Shown piece after piece: positions 40,201 to 54,800 of a stretch of 64,000 nt of DNA. Each line of letters starts with the position of its first letter. Position 1 is the first letter of the stretch. The notes below the pieces were generated by a model. It worked only from the letters and a program-made list of their open reading frames with translations. It was not told the origin of the DNA and ran no database searches. The position numbers were made by a program, and so were the translations under genes. This DNA is from Gordius albopunctatus (Eukaryota): positions 10,168,001 to 10,232,000 of the forward strand of contig OZ193909.1 in the NCBI GenBank assembly GCA_964276515.1. The letters are read 5' to 3'.

Positions 40201-43200
40201 TTTGTTATTTTATGTAAAAGAGCTTGAAAAAATATATAAAAGTAAGCTAATTTGAGATTCCTATTAATCTCGATCGACTCCTTATAAGAAGTTTTAAGCT
40301 GCGAGAACTATCATTTTGAGGAAAGACAACGTTATATTGTCGCGATTATCATCGCGACGAGAGTGCTGAATTTTTGAAACATGCTATATGCGATGATTAT
40401 TTCAAAGTAATAGTTATCTAATTGTGATAAATTTTTACTTCTTATCATGAAAATCACGTCTGAAAATAACAACTTTCATCGGATGAATATGGTTTAATGG
40501 AAATAATTTTAAATATTTTGAGCTGAAAAATATATTTTTTGTTATTTTGTGTAAAAGAGCTTGAAAAAATATATAAAAGTATGCTAATTTGAGATTCATA
40601 TTAATCTCAATCGACTCCTTATAATAAGTTTTAAGCTGCGAGAACTATCATTTTGAGGAAAGACAACGTTATATTGTTGCGATTATCATCGCGACGAGAG
40701 TGCTGAATTTTTGAAACATGCTATATGCGATGATTATTTCAAAGTAATAGTTATCTAATTGTGATAAATTTTTACTTCTTATCATGAAAATCACGTCTGA
40801 AAATAACAACTTTCATCGGATGAATATGGTTTAATGGAAATAATTTTAAATATTTTGAGCTGAAAAATATATTTTTTGTTATTTTGTGTAAAAGAGCTTG
40901 AAAAAATATATAAAAGTATGCTAATTTGAGATTCCTATTAATCTCGATCGACTCCTTATAATAAGTTTTAAGCTGCGAGAACTATCATTTTGAGGAAAGA
41001 CAACGCTTTATTGTTGCGATTATCATCGCGACGAGAGTGCTGAATTTTTGAAACATGCTATATGCGATGATTATTTCAAAGTAATAGTTATCTAATTGTG
41101 ATAAATTTTTACTTCTTATCATGAAAATCACGTCTGAAAATAACAACTTTCATCGGATGAATATGGTTTAATGGAAATAATTTTAAATATTTTTAGCTAA
41201 AAAAATATTTTTTTTGTTATTTTATGTAAAAGAGCTTGAAAAAATATATAAAAGTAAGCTAATTTGAGATTCCTATTAATCTCGATCGACTCCTTATAAG
41301 AAGTTTTAAGCTGCGAGAACTATCATTTTGAGGAAAGACAACGTTATATTGTTGCGATTATCATCGCGACGAGAGTGCTGAATTTTTGAAACATGCTATA
41401 TGCGATGATTATTTCAAAGTAATAGTTATCTAATTGTGATAAATTTTTACTTCTTATCATGAAAATCACGTCTGAAAATAACAACTTTCATCGGATGAAT
41501 ATGGTTTAATGGAAATAATTTTAAATATTTTGAGCTGAAAAATATATTTTTTGTTATTTTGTGTAAAAGAGCTTGAAAAAATATATAAAAGTATGGTAAT
41601 TTGAGATTCATATTAATCTCAATCGACTCCTTATAATAAGTTTTAAGCTGCGAGAACTATCATTTTGAGGAAAGACAACGTTATATTGTTGCGATTATCA
41701 TCGCGACGAGAGTGCTGAATTTTTGAAACATGCTATATGCGATGATTATTTCAAAGTAATAGTTATCTAATTGTGATAAATTTTTACTTCTTATCATGAA
41801 AATCACGTCTGAAAATAACAACTTTCATCGGATGAATATGGTTTAATGGAAACAATTTTAAATATTTTTAGCTAAAAAAATATTTTTTTTCTTATTTTAT
41901 GTAAAAGAGCTTGAAAAAATATATAAAAGTAAGCTAATTTGAGATTCCTATTAATCTCGATCGACTCCTTATAAGAAGTTTTAAGCTGCGAGAACTATCA
42001 TTTTGAGGAAAGACAACGCTTTATTGTTGCGATTATCATCGCGACGAGAGTGCTGAATTTTTGAAACATGCTATATGCGATGATTATTTCAAAGTAATAG
42101 TTATCTAATTGTGATAAATTTTTACTTCTTATCATGAAAATCACGTCTGAAAATAACAACTTTCATCGGATGAATATGGTTTAATGGAAATAATTTTAAA
42201 TATTTTTAGCTAAAAAAATATTTTTTTTGTTATTTTATGTAAAAGAGCTTGAAAAAATATATAAAAGTAAGCTAATTTGAGATTCCTATTAATCTCGATC
42301 GACTCCTTATAAGAAGTTTTAAGCTGCGAGAACTATCATTTTGAGGAAAGACAACGTTATATTGTTGCGATTATCATCGCGACGAGAGTGCTGAATTTTT
42401 GAAACATGCTATATGCGATGATTATTTCAAAGTAATAGTTATCTAATTGTGATAAATTTTTACTTCTTATCATGAAAATCACGTCTGAAAATAACAACTT
42501 TCATCGGATGAATATGGTTTAATGGAAATAATTTTAAATATTTTGAGCTGAAAAATATATTTTTTGTTATTTTGTGTAAAAGAGCTTGAAAAAATATATA
42601 AAAGTATGGTAATTTGAGATTCATATTAATCTCAATCGACTCCTTATAATAAGTTTTAAGCTGCGAGAACTATCATTTTGAGGAAAGACAACGTTATATT
42701 GTTGCGATTATCATCGCGACGAGAGTGCTGAATTTTTGAAACATGCTATATGCGATGATTATTTCAAAGTAATAGTTATCTAATTGTGATAAATTTTTAC
42801 TTCTTATCATGAAAATCACGTCTGAAAATAACAACTTTCATCGGATGAATATGGTTTAATGGAAACAATTTTAAATATTTTTAGCTAAAAAAATATTTTT
42901 TTTCTTATTTTATGTAAAAGAGCTTGAAAAAATATATAAAAGTAAGCTAATTTGAGATTCCTATTAATCTCGATCGACTCCTTATAAGAAGTTTTAAGCT
43001 GCGAGAACTATTATTTTGAGGAAAGACAACGTTATATTGTTGCGATTAGTTTGTTTCATCGCGACGAGAGTGCTGAATTTTTGAAACATGCTATATGCGA
43101 TGATTATTTCAAAGTAATAGTTATCTAATTGTGATAAATTTTTACTTCTTATCATGAAAATCACGTCTGAAAATAACAACTTTCATCGGATGAATATGGT

Positions 43201-45200
43201 TTAATGGAAATAATTTTAAATATTTTGAGCTGAAAAATATATTTTTTGTTATTTTATGTAAAAGAGCTTGAAAAAATATATAAAAGTAAGCTAATTTGAG
43301 ATTCCTATTAATCTCGATCGACTCCTTATAAGAAGTTTTAAGCTGCGAGAACTATCATTTTGAGGAAAGACAACGTTATATTGTCGCGATTATCATCGCG
43401 ACGAGAGTGCCGAATTTTTGAAACATGCTATATGCGATGATTATTTCAAAGTAATAGTTATCTAATTGTGATAAATTTTTACTTCTTATCATGAAAATCA
43501 CGTCTGAAAATAACAACTTTCATCGGATGAATATGGTTTAATGGAAACAATTTTAAATATTTTTAGCTAAAAAAATATTTTTTTTGTTATTTTATGTAAA
43601 AGAGCTTGAAAAAATATATAAAAGTAAGCTAATTTGAGATGTCTATTAATCTCGATCGACTCCTTATAAGAAGTTTTAAGCTGCGAGAACTATCATTTTG
43701 TTGAGAGACAACGTTATATTGTTGCGATTAGTTTGTTTCATCGCGACGAGACTGCTGAATTTTTGAAACATGCTATATGCGATGATTATCTCAAAGTAAT
43801 AGTTATCTAATTGTGATAAATTTTTACTTCTTATCATGGAATACACGTCTGAAAATAACAACTTTCATCGGATGAATATGGTTTAATGGAAACAATTTTA
43901 AATATTTTTAGCTAAAAAAATATTTTTTTTGTTATTTTATGTAAAAGAGCTTGAAAAAATATATAAAAGTAAGCTAATTTGAGATTCCTATTAATCTCGA
44001 TCGACTCCTTATAAGAAGTTTTAAGCTGCGAGAACTATCATTTTGAGGAAAGACAACGTTATATTGTCGCGATTATCATCGCGACGAGAGTGCTGAATTT
44101 TTGAAACATGCTATATGCGATGATTATTTCAAAGTAATAGTTATCTAATTGTGATAAATTTTTACTTCTTATCATGAAAATCACGTCTGAAAATAACAAC
44201 TTTCATCGGATGAATATGGTTTAATGGAAATAATTTTAAATATTTTGAGCTGAAAAATATATTTTTTGTTATTTTGTGTAAAAGAGCTTGAAAAAATATA
44301 TAAAAGTATGCTAATTTGAGATTCATATTAATCTCAATCGACTCCTTATAATAAGTTTTAAGCTGCGAGAACTATCATTTTGAGGAAAGACAACGTTATA
44401 TTGTTGCGATTATCATCGCGACGAGAGTGCTGAATTTTTGAAACATGCTATATGCGATGATTATTTCAAAGTAATAGTTATCTAATTGTGATAAATTTTT
44501 ACTTCTTATCATGAAAATCACGTCTGAAAATAACAACTTTCATCGGATGAATATGGTTTAATGGAAATAATTTTAAATATTTTGAGCTGAAAAATATATT
44601 TTTTGTTATTTTGTGTAAAAGAGCTTGAAAAAATATATAAAAGTATGCTAATTTGAGATTCCTATTAATCTCGATCGACTCCTTATAATAAGTTTTAAGC
44701 TGCGAGAACTATCATTTTGAGGAAAGACAACGCTTTATTGTTGCGATTATCATCGCGACGAGAGTGCTGAATTTTTGAAACATGCTATATGCGATGATTA
44801 TTTCAAAGTAATAGTTATCTAATTGTGATAAATTTTTACTTCTTATCATGAAAATCACGTCTGAAAATAACAACTTTCATCGGATGAATATGGTTTAATG
44901 GAAATAATTTTAAATATTTTTAGCTAAAAAAATATTTTTTTTGTTATTTTATGTAAAAGAGCTTGAAAAAATATATAAAAGTAAGCTAATTTGAGATTCC
45001 TATTAATCTCGATCGACTCCTTATAAGAAGTTTTAAGCTGCGAGAACTATCATTTTGAGGAAAGACAACGTTATATTGTTGCGATTATCATCGCGACGAG
45101 AGTGCTGAATTTTTGAAACATGCTATATGCGATGATTATTTCAAAGTAATAGTTATCTAATTGTGATAAATTTTTACTTCTTATCATGAAAATCACGTCT
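37250..45200. repeat. Higher-order duplication, period 3727 bp (11 monomers), containing a nested 1013-bp trimer duplication
   Basis: The TTTCTTATT marker lies at 38164/41891 and 39177/42904. Long monomers at 39267/42994 and 39949/43676 are also 3727 apart. 38164 to 39177 is 1013 bp. Confidence 0.88.
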
Positions 45201-48200
45201 GAAAATAACAACTTTCATCGGATGAATATGGTTGAATGGAAATAATTTTAAATATTTTGAGCTGAAAAATATATTTTTTGTTATTTTGTGTAAAAGAGCT
45301 TGAAAAAATATATAAAAGTATGGTAATTTGAGATTCATATTAATCTCAATCGACTCCTTATAATAAGTTTTAAGCTGCGAGAACTATCATTTTGAGGAAA
45401 GACAACGTTATATTGTTGCGATTATCATCGCGACGAGAGTGCTGAATTTTTGAAACATGCTATATGCGATGATTATTTCAAAGTAATAGTTATCTAATTG
45501 TGATAAATTTTTACTTCTTATCATGAAAATCACGTCTGAAAATAACAACTTTCATCGGATGAATATGGTTTAATGGAAACAATTTTAAATATTTTTAGCT
45601 AAAAAAATATTTTTTGTTATTTTATGTAAAAGAGCTTGAAAAAATATATAAAAGTAAGCTAATTTGAGATTCCTATTAATCTCGATCGACTCCTTATAAG
45701 AAGTTTTAAGCTGCGAGAACTATCATTTTGAGGAAAGACAACGTTATATTGTTGCGATTATCATCGCGACGATAGTGCTGAATTTTTGAAACATGCTATA
45801 TGCGATGATTATTTCAAAGTAATAGTTATCTAATTGTGATAAATTTTTACTTCTTATCATGAAAATCACGTCTGAAAATAACAACTTTCATCGGATGAAT
45901 ATGGTTTAATGGAAATAATTTTAAATATTTTGAGAGAAAAATATATTTTTTGTTATTTTGTGTAAAAGAGCTTGAAAAAATATATAAAAGTAAGCTAATT
46001 TGAGATTCCTATTAATCTCGATCGACTCCTTATAAGAAGTTTTAAGCTGCGAGAACTATCATTTTGAGGAAAGACAACGTTATATTGTTGCGATTATCAT
46101 CGCGACGATAGTGCTGAATTTTTGAAACATGCTATATGCGATGATTATTTCAAAGTAATAGTTATCTAATTGTGATAAATTTTTACTTCTTATCATGAAA
46201 ATCACGTCTGAAAATAACAACTTTCATCGGATGAATATGGTTTAATGGAAATAATTTTAAATATTTTGAGCTGAAAAATATATTTTTTGTTATTTTGTGT
46301 AAAAGAGCTTGAAAAAATATATAAAAGTATGCTAATTTGAGATTCCTATTAATCTCGATCGACTCCTTATAATAAGTTTTAAGCTGCGAGAACTATCATT
46401 TTGAGGAAAGACAACGCTTTATTGTTGCGATTATCATCGCGACGAGAGTGCTGAATTTTTGAAACATGCTATATGCGATGATTATTTCAAAGTAATAGTT
46501 ATCTAATTGTGATAAATTTTTACTTCTTATCATGAAAATCACGTCTGAAAATAACAACTTTCATCGGATGAATATGGTTTAATGGAAATAATTTTAAATA
46601 TTTTTAGCTAAAAAAATATTTTTTTTGTTATTTTATGTAAAAGAGCTTGAAAAAATATATAAAAGTAAGCTAATTTGAGATTCCTATTAATCTCGATCGA
46701 CTCCTTATAAGAAGTTTTAAGCTGCGAGAACTATCATTTTGAGGAAAGACAACGTTATATTGTTGCGATTATCATCGCGACGATAGTGCTGAATTTTTGA
46801 AACATGCTATATGCGATGATTATTTCAAAGTAATAGTTATCTAATTGTGATAAATTTTTACTTCTTATCATGAAAATCACGTCTGAAAATAACAACTTTC
46901 ATCGGATGAATATGGTTTAATGGAAATAATTTTAAATATTTTGAGCTGAAAAATATATTTTTTGTTATTTTGTGTAAAAGAGCTTGAAAAAATATATAAA
47001 AGTATGCTAATTTGAGATTCCTATTAATCTCGATCGACTCCTTATAATAAGTTTTAAGCTGCGAGAACTATTATTTTGAGGAAAGACAACGTTATATTGT
47101 TGCGATTAGTTTGTTTCATCGCGACGAGAGTGCTGAATTTTTGAAACATGCTATATGCGATGATTATTTCAAAGTAATAGTTATCTAATTGTGATAAATT
47201 TTTACTTCTTATCATGAAAATCACGTCTGAAAATAACAACTTTCATCGGATGAATATGGTTTAATGGAAATAATTTTAAATATTTTGAGCTGAAAAATAT
47301 ATTTTTTGTTATTTTGTGTAAAAGAGCTTGAAAAAATATATAAAAGTAAGCTAATTTGAGATTCCTATTAATCTCGATCGACTCCTTATAAGAAGTTTTA
47401 AGCTGCGAGAACTATCATTTTGAGGAAAGACAACGTTATATTGTTGCGATTATCATCGCGACGAGAGTGCTGAATTTTTGAAACATGCTATATGCGATGA
47501 TTATTTCAAAGTAATAGTTATCTAATTGTGATAAATTTTTACTTCTTATCATGAAAATCACGTCTGAAAATAACAACTTTCATCGGATGAATATGGTTTA
47601 ATGGAAATAATTTTAAATATTTTGAGCTGAAAAATATATTTTTTGTTATTTTATGTAAAAGAGCTTGAAAAAATATATAAAAGTAAGCTAATTTGAGATT
47701 CCTATTAATCTCGATCGACTCCTTATAAGAAGTTTTAAGCTGCGAGAACTATCATTTTGAGGAAAGACAACGTTATATTGTCGCGATTATCATCGCGACG
47801 AGAGTGCCGAATTTTTGAAACATGCTATATGCGATGATTATTTCAAAGTAATAGTTATCTAATTGTGATAAATTTTTACTTCTTATCATGAAAATCACGT
47901 CTGAAAATAACAACTTTCATCGGATGAATATGGTTTAATGGAAACAATTTTAAATATTTTTAGCTAAAAAAATATTTTTTTTGTTATTTTATGTAAAAGA
48001 GCTTGAAAAAATATATAAAAGTAAGCTAATTTGAGATGTCTATTAATCTCGATCGACTCCTTATAAGAAGTTTTAAGCTGCGAGAACTATCATTTTGTTG
48101 AGAGACAACGTTATATTGTTGCGATTAGTTTGTTTCATCGCGACGAGACTGCTGAATTTTTGAAACATGCTATATGCGATGATTATCTCAAAGTAATAGT

Positions 48201-51200
48201 TATCTAATTGTGATAAATTTTTACTTCTTATCATGGAATACACGTCTGAAAATAACAACTTTCATCGGATGAATATGGTTTAATGGAAACAATTTTAAAT
48301 ATTTTTAGCTAAAAAAATATTTTTTTTGTTATTTTATGTAAAAGAGCTTGAAAAAATATATAAAAGTAAGCTAATTTGAGATTCCTATTAATCTCGATCG
48401 ACTCCTTATAAGAAGTTTTAAGCTGCGAGAACTATCATTTTGAGGAAAGACAACGTTATATTGTCGCGATTATCATCGCGACGAGAGTGCTGAATTTTTG
48501 AAACATGCTATATGCGATGATTATTTCAAAGTAATAGTTATCTAATTGTGATAAATTTTTACTTCTTATCATGAAAATCACGTCTGAAAATAACAACTTT
48601 CATCGGATGAATATGGTTTAATGGAAATAATTTTAAATATTTTGAGCTGAAAAATATATTTTTTGTTATTTTGTGTAAAAGAGCTTGAAAAAATATATAA
48701 AAGTATGCTAATTTGAGATTCATATTAATCTCAATCGACTCCTTATAATAAGTTTTAAGCTGCGAGAACTATCATTTTGAGGAAAGACAACGTTATATTG
48801 TTGCGATTATCATCGCGACGAGAGTGCTGAATTTTTGAAACATGCTATATGCGATGATTATTTCAAAGTAATAGTTATCTAATTGTGATAAATTTTTACT
48901 TCTTATCATGAAAATCACGTCTGAAAATAACAACTTTCATCGGATGAATATGGTTTAATGGAAATAATTTTAAATATTTTGAGCTGAAAAATATATTTTT
49001 TGTTATTTTGTGTAAAAGAGCTTGAAAAAATATATAAAAGTATGCTAATTTGAGATTCCTATTAATCTCGATCGACTCCTTATAATAAGTTTTAAGCTGC
49101 GAGAACTATCATTTTGAGGAAAGACAACGCTTTATTGTTGCGATTATCATCGCGACGAGAGTGCTGAATTTTTGAAACATGCTATATGCGATGATTATTT
49201 CAAAGTAATAGTTATCTAATTGTGATAAATTTTTACTTCTTATCATGAAAATCACGTCTGAAAATAACAACTTTCATCGGATGAATATGGTTTAATGGAA
49301 ATAATTTTAAATATTTTTAGCTAAAAAAATATTTTTTTTGTTATTTTATGTAAAAGAGCTTGAAAAAATATATAAAAGTAAGCTAATTTGAGATTCCTAT
49401 TAATCTCGATCGACTCCTTATAAGAAGTTTTAAGCTGCGAGAACTATCATTTTGAGGAAAGACAACGTTATATTGTTGCGATTATCATCGCGACGAGAGT
49501 GCTGAATTTTTGAAACATGCTATATGCGATGATTATTTCAAAGTAATAGTTATCTAATTGTGATAAATTTTTACTTCTTATCATGAAAATCACGTCTGAA
49601 AATAACAACTTTCATCGGATGAATATGGTTGAATGGAAATAATTTTAAATATTTTGAGCTGAAAAATATATTTTTTGTTATTTTGTGTAAAAGAGCTTGA
49701 AAAAATATATAAAAGTATGGTAATTTGAGATTCATATTAATCTCAATCGACTCCTTATAATAAGTTTTAAGCTGCGAGAACTATCATTTTGAGGAAAGAC
49801 AACGTTATATTGTTGCGATTATCATCGCGACGAGAGTGCTGAATTTTTGAAACATGCTATATGCGATGATTATTTCAAAGTAATAGTTATCTAATTGTGA
49901 TAAATTTTTACTTCTTATCATGAAAATCACGTCTGAAAATAACAACTTTCATCGGATGAATATGGTTTAATGGAAACAATTTTAAATATTTTTAGCTAAA
50001 AAAATATTTTTTGTTATTTTATGTAAAAGAGCTTGAAAAAATATATAAAAGTAAGCTAATTTGAGATTCCTATTAATCTCGATCGACTCCTTATAAGAAG
50101 TTTTAAGCTGCGAGAACTATCATTTTGAGGAAAGACAACGTTATATTGTTGCGATTATCATCGCGACGATAGTGCTGAATTTTTGAAACATGCTATATGC
50201 GATGATTATTTCAAAGTAATAGTTATCTAATTGTGATAAATTTTTACTTCTTATCATGAAAATCACGTCTGAAAATAACAACTTTCATCGGATGAATATG
50301 GTTTAATGGAAATAATTTTAAATATTTTGAGAGAAAAATATATTTTTTGTTATTTTGTGTAAAAGAGCTTGAAAAAATATATAAAAGTAAGCTAATTTGA
50401 GATTCCTATTAATCTCGATCGACTCCTTATAAGAAGTTTTAAGCTGCGAGAACTATCATTTTGAGGAAAGACAACGTTATATTGTTGCGATTATCATCGC
50501 GACGATAGTGCTGAATTTTTGAAACATGCTATATGCGATGATTATTTCAAAGTAATAGTTATCTAATTGTGATAAATTTTTACTTCTTATCATGAAAATC
50601 ACGTCTGAAAATAACAACTTTCATCGGATGAATATGGTTTAATGGAAATAATTTTAAATATTTTGAGCTGAAAAATATATTTTTTGTTATTTTGTGTAAA
50701 AGAGCTTGAAAAAATATATAAAAGTATGCTAATTTGAGATTCCTATTAATCTCGATCGACTCCTTATAATAAGTTTTAAGCTGCGAGAACTATCATTTTG
50801 AGGAAAGACAACGCTTTATTGTTGCGATTATCATCGCGACGAGAGTGCTGAATTTTTGAAACATGCTATATGCGATGATTATTTCAAAGTAATAGTTATC
50901 TAATTGTGATAAATTTTTACTTCTTATCATGAAAATCACGTCTGAAAATAACAACTTTCATCGGATGAATATGGTTTAATGGAAATAATTTTAAATATTT
51001 TTAGCTAAAAAAATATTTTTTTTGTTATTTTATGTAAAAGAGCTTGAAAAAATATATAAAAGTAAGCTAATTTGAGATTCCTATTAATCTCGATCGACTC
51101 CTTATAAGAAGTTTTAAGCTGCGAGAACTATCATTTTGAGGAAAGACAACGTTATATTGTTGCGATTATCATCGCGACGATAGTGCTGAATTTTTGAAAC

Positions 51201-51800
51201 ATGCTATATGCGATGATTATTTCAAAGTAATAGTTATCTAATTGTGATAAATTTTTACTTCTTATCATGAAAATCACGTCTGAAAATAACAACTTTCATC
51301 GGATGAATATGGTTTAATGGAAATAATTTTAAATATTTTGAGCTGAAAAATATATTTTTTGTTATTTTGTGTAAAAGAGCTTGAAAAAATATATAAAAGT
51401 ATGCTAATTTGAGATTCCTATTAATCTCGATCGACTCCTTATAATAAGTTTTAAGCTGCGAGAACTATTATTTTGAGGAAAGACAACGTTATATTGTTGC
51501 GATTAGTTTGTTTCATCGCGACGAGAGTGCTGAATTTTTGAAACATGCTATATGCGATGATTATTTCAAAGTAATAGTTATCTAATTGTGATAAATTTTT
51601 ACTTCTTATCATGAAAATCACGTCTGAAAATAACAACTTTCATCGGATGAATATGGTTTAATGGAAATAATTTTAAATATTTTGAGCTGAAAAATATATT
51701 TTTTGTTATTTTGTGTAAAAGAGCTTGAAAAAATATATAAAAGTAAGCTAATTTGAGATTCCTATTAATCTCGATCGACTCCTTATAAGAAGTTTTAAGC
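43340..51800. repeat. Higher-order duplication, period 4397 bp (13 monomers)
   Basis: The private GGTTGAATGG variant lies at 45234 and 49631. Long monomers at 43676/48073 and 47054/51451 are also 4397 apart. Confidence 0.9.
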
Positions 51801-54800
51801 TGCGAGAACTATCATTTTGAGGAAAGACAACGTTATATTGTTGCGATTATCATCGCGACGATAGTGCTGAATTTTTGAAACATGCTATATGCGATGATTA
51901 TTTCAAAGTAATAGTTATCTAATTGTGATAAATTTTTACTTCTTATCATGAAAATCACGTCTGAAAATAACAACTTTCATCGGATGAATATGGTTTAATG
52001 GAAATAATTTTAAATATTTTGAGAGAAAAATATATTTTTTGTTATTTTGTGTAAAAGAGCTTGAAAAAATATATAAAAGTAAGCTAATTTGAGATTCCTA
52101 TTAATCTCGATCGACTCCTTATAAGAAGTTTTAAGCTGCGAGAACTATCATTTTGAGGAAAGACAACGTTATATTGTTGCGATTATCATCGCGACGAGAG
52201 TGCTGAATTTTTGAAACATGCTATATGCGATGATTATTTCAAAGTAATAGTTATCTAATTGTGATAAATTTTTACTTCTTATCATGAAAATCACGTCTGA
52301 AAATAACAACTTTCATCGGATGAATATGGTTTAATGGAAATAATTTTAAATATTTTTAGCTAAAAAAATATTTTTTTTGTTATTTTATGTAAAAGAGCTT
52401 GAAAAAATATATAAAAGTAAGCTAATTTGAGATTCCTATTAATCTCGATCGACTCCTTATAAGAAGTTTTAAGCTGCGAGAACTATCATTTTGAGGAAAG
52501 ACAACGTTATATTGTTGCGATTATCATCGCGACGAGAGTGCTGAATTTTTGAAACATGCTATATGCGATGATTATTTCAAAGTAATAGTTATCTAATTGT
52601 GATAAATTTTTACTTCTTATCATGAAAATCACGTCTGAAAATAACAACTTTCATCGGATGAATATGGTTTAATGGAAATAATTTTAAATATTTTGAGCTG
52701 AAAAATATATTTTTTGTTATTTTGTGTAAAAGAGCTTGAAAAAATATATAAAAGTAAGCTAATTTGAGATTCCTATTAATCTCGATCGACTCCTTATAAG
52801 AAGTTTTAAGCTGCGAGAACTATCATTTTGAGGAAAGACAACGTTATATTGTTGCGATTATCATCGCGACGATAGTGCTGAATTTTTGAAACATGCTATA
52901 TGCGATGATTATTTCAAAGTAATAGTTATCTAATTGTGATAAATTTTTACTTCTTATCATGAAAATCACGTCTGAAAATAACAACTTTCATCGGATGAAT
53001 ATGGTTTAATGGAAATAATTTTAAATATTTTGAGAGAAAAATATATTTTTTGTTATTTTGTGTAAAAGAGCTTGAAAAAATATATAAAAGTAAGCTAATT
53101 TGAGATTCCTATTAATCTCGATCGACTCCTTATAAGAAGTTTTAAGCTGCGAGAACTATCATTTTGAGGAAAGACAACGTTATATTGTTGCGATTATCAT
53201 CGCGACGATAGTGCTGAATTTTTGAAACATGCTATATGCGATGATTATTTCAAAGTAATAGTTATCTAATTGTGATAAATTTTTACTTCTTATCATGAAA
53301 ATCACGTCTGAAAATAACAACTTTCATCGGATGAATATGGTTTAATGGAAATAATTTTAAATATTTTGAGAGAAAAATATATTTTTTGTTATTTTGTGTA
53401 AAAGAGCTTGAAAAAATATATAAAAGTAAGCTAATTTGAGATTCCTATTAATCTCGATCGACTCCTTATAAGAAGTTTTAAGCTGCGAGAACTATCATTT
53501 TGAGGAAAGACAACGTTATATTGTTGCGATTATCATCGCGACGATAGTGCTGAATTTTTGAAACATGCTATATGCGATGATTATTTCAAAGTAATAGTTA
53601 TCTAATTGTGATAAATTTTTACTTCTTATCATGAAAATCACGTCTGAAAATAACAACTTTCATCGGATGAATATGGTTTAATGGAAATAATTTTAAATAT
53701 TTTGAGAGAAAAATATATTTTTTGTTATTTTGTGTAAAAGAGCTTGAAAAAATATATAAAAGTAAGCTAATTTGAGATTCCTATTAATCTCGATCGACTC
53801 CTTATAAGAAGTTTTAAGCTGCGAGAACTATCATTTTGAGGAAAGACAACGTTATATTGTTGCGATTATCATCGCGACGATAGTGCTGAATTTTTGAAAC
53901 ATGCTATATGCGATGATTATTTCAAAGTAATAGTTATCTAATTGTGATAAATTTTTACTTCTTATCATGAAAATCACGTCTGAAAATAACAACTTTCATC
54001 GGATGAATATGGTTTAATGGAAATAATTTTAAATATTTTGAGCTGAAAAATATATTTTTTGTTATTTTGTGTAAAAGAGCTTGAAAAAATATATAAAAGT
54101 ATGCTAATTTGAGATTCCTATTAATCTCGATCGACTCCTTATAATAAGTTTTAAGCTGCGAGAACTATTATTTTGAGGAAAGACAACGTTATATTGTTGC
54201 GATTAGTTTGTTTCATCGCGACGAGAGTGCTGAATTTTTGAAACATGCTATATGCGATGATTATTTCAAAGTAATAGTTATCTAATTGTGATAAATTTTT
54301 ACTTCTTATCATGAAAATCACGTCTGAAAATAACAACTTTCATCGGATGAATATGGTTTAATGGAAATAATTTTAAATATTTTGAGCTGAAAAATATATT
54401 TTTTGTTATTTTGTGTAAAAGAGCTTGAAAAAATATATAAAAGTATGCTAATTTGAGATTCCTATTAATCTCGATCGACTCCTTATAATAAGTTTTAAGC
54501 TGCGAGAACTATCATTTTGAGGAAAGACAACGCTTTATTGTTGCGATTATCATCGCGACGAGAGTGCTGAATTTTTGAAACATGCTATATGCGATGATTA
54601 TTTCAAAGTAATAGTTATCTAATTGTGATAAATTTTTACTTCTTATCATGAAAATCACGTCTGAAAATAACAACTTTCATCGGATGAATATGGTTTAATG
54701 GAAATAATTTTAAATATTTTTAGCTAAAAAAATATTTTTTTTTGTTATTTTATGTAAAAGAGCTTGAAAAAATATATAAAAGTAAGCTAATTTGAGATTC

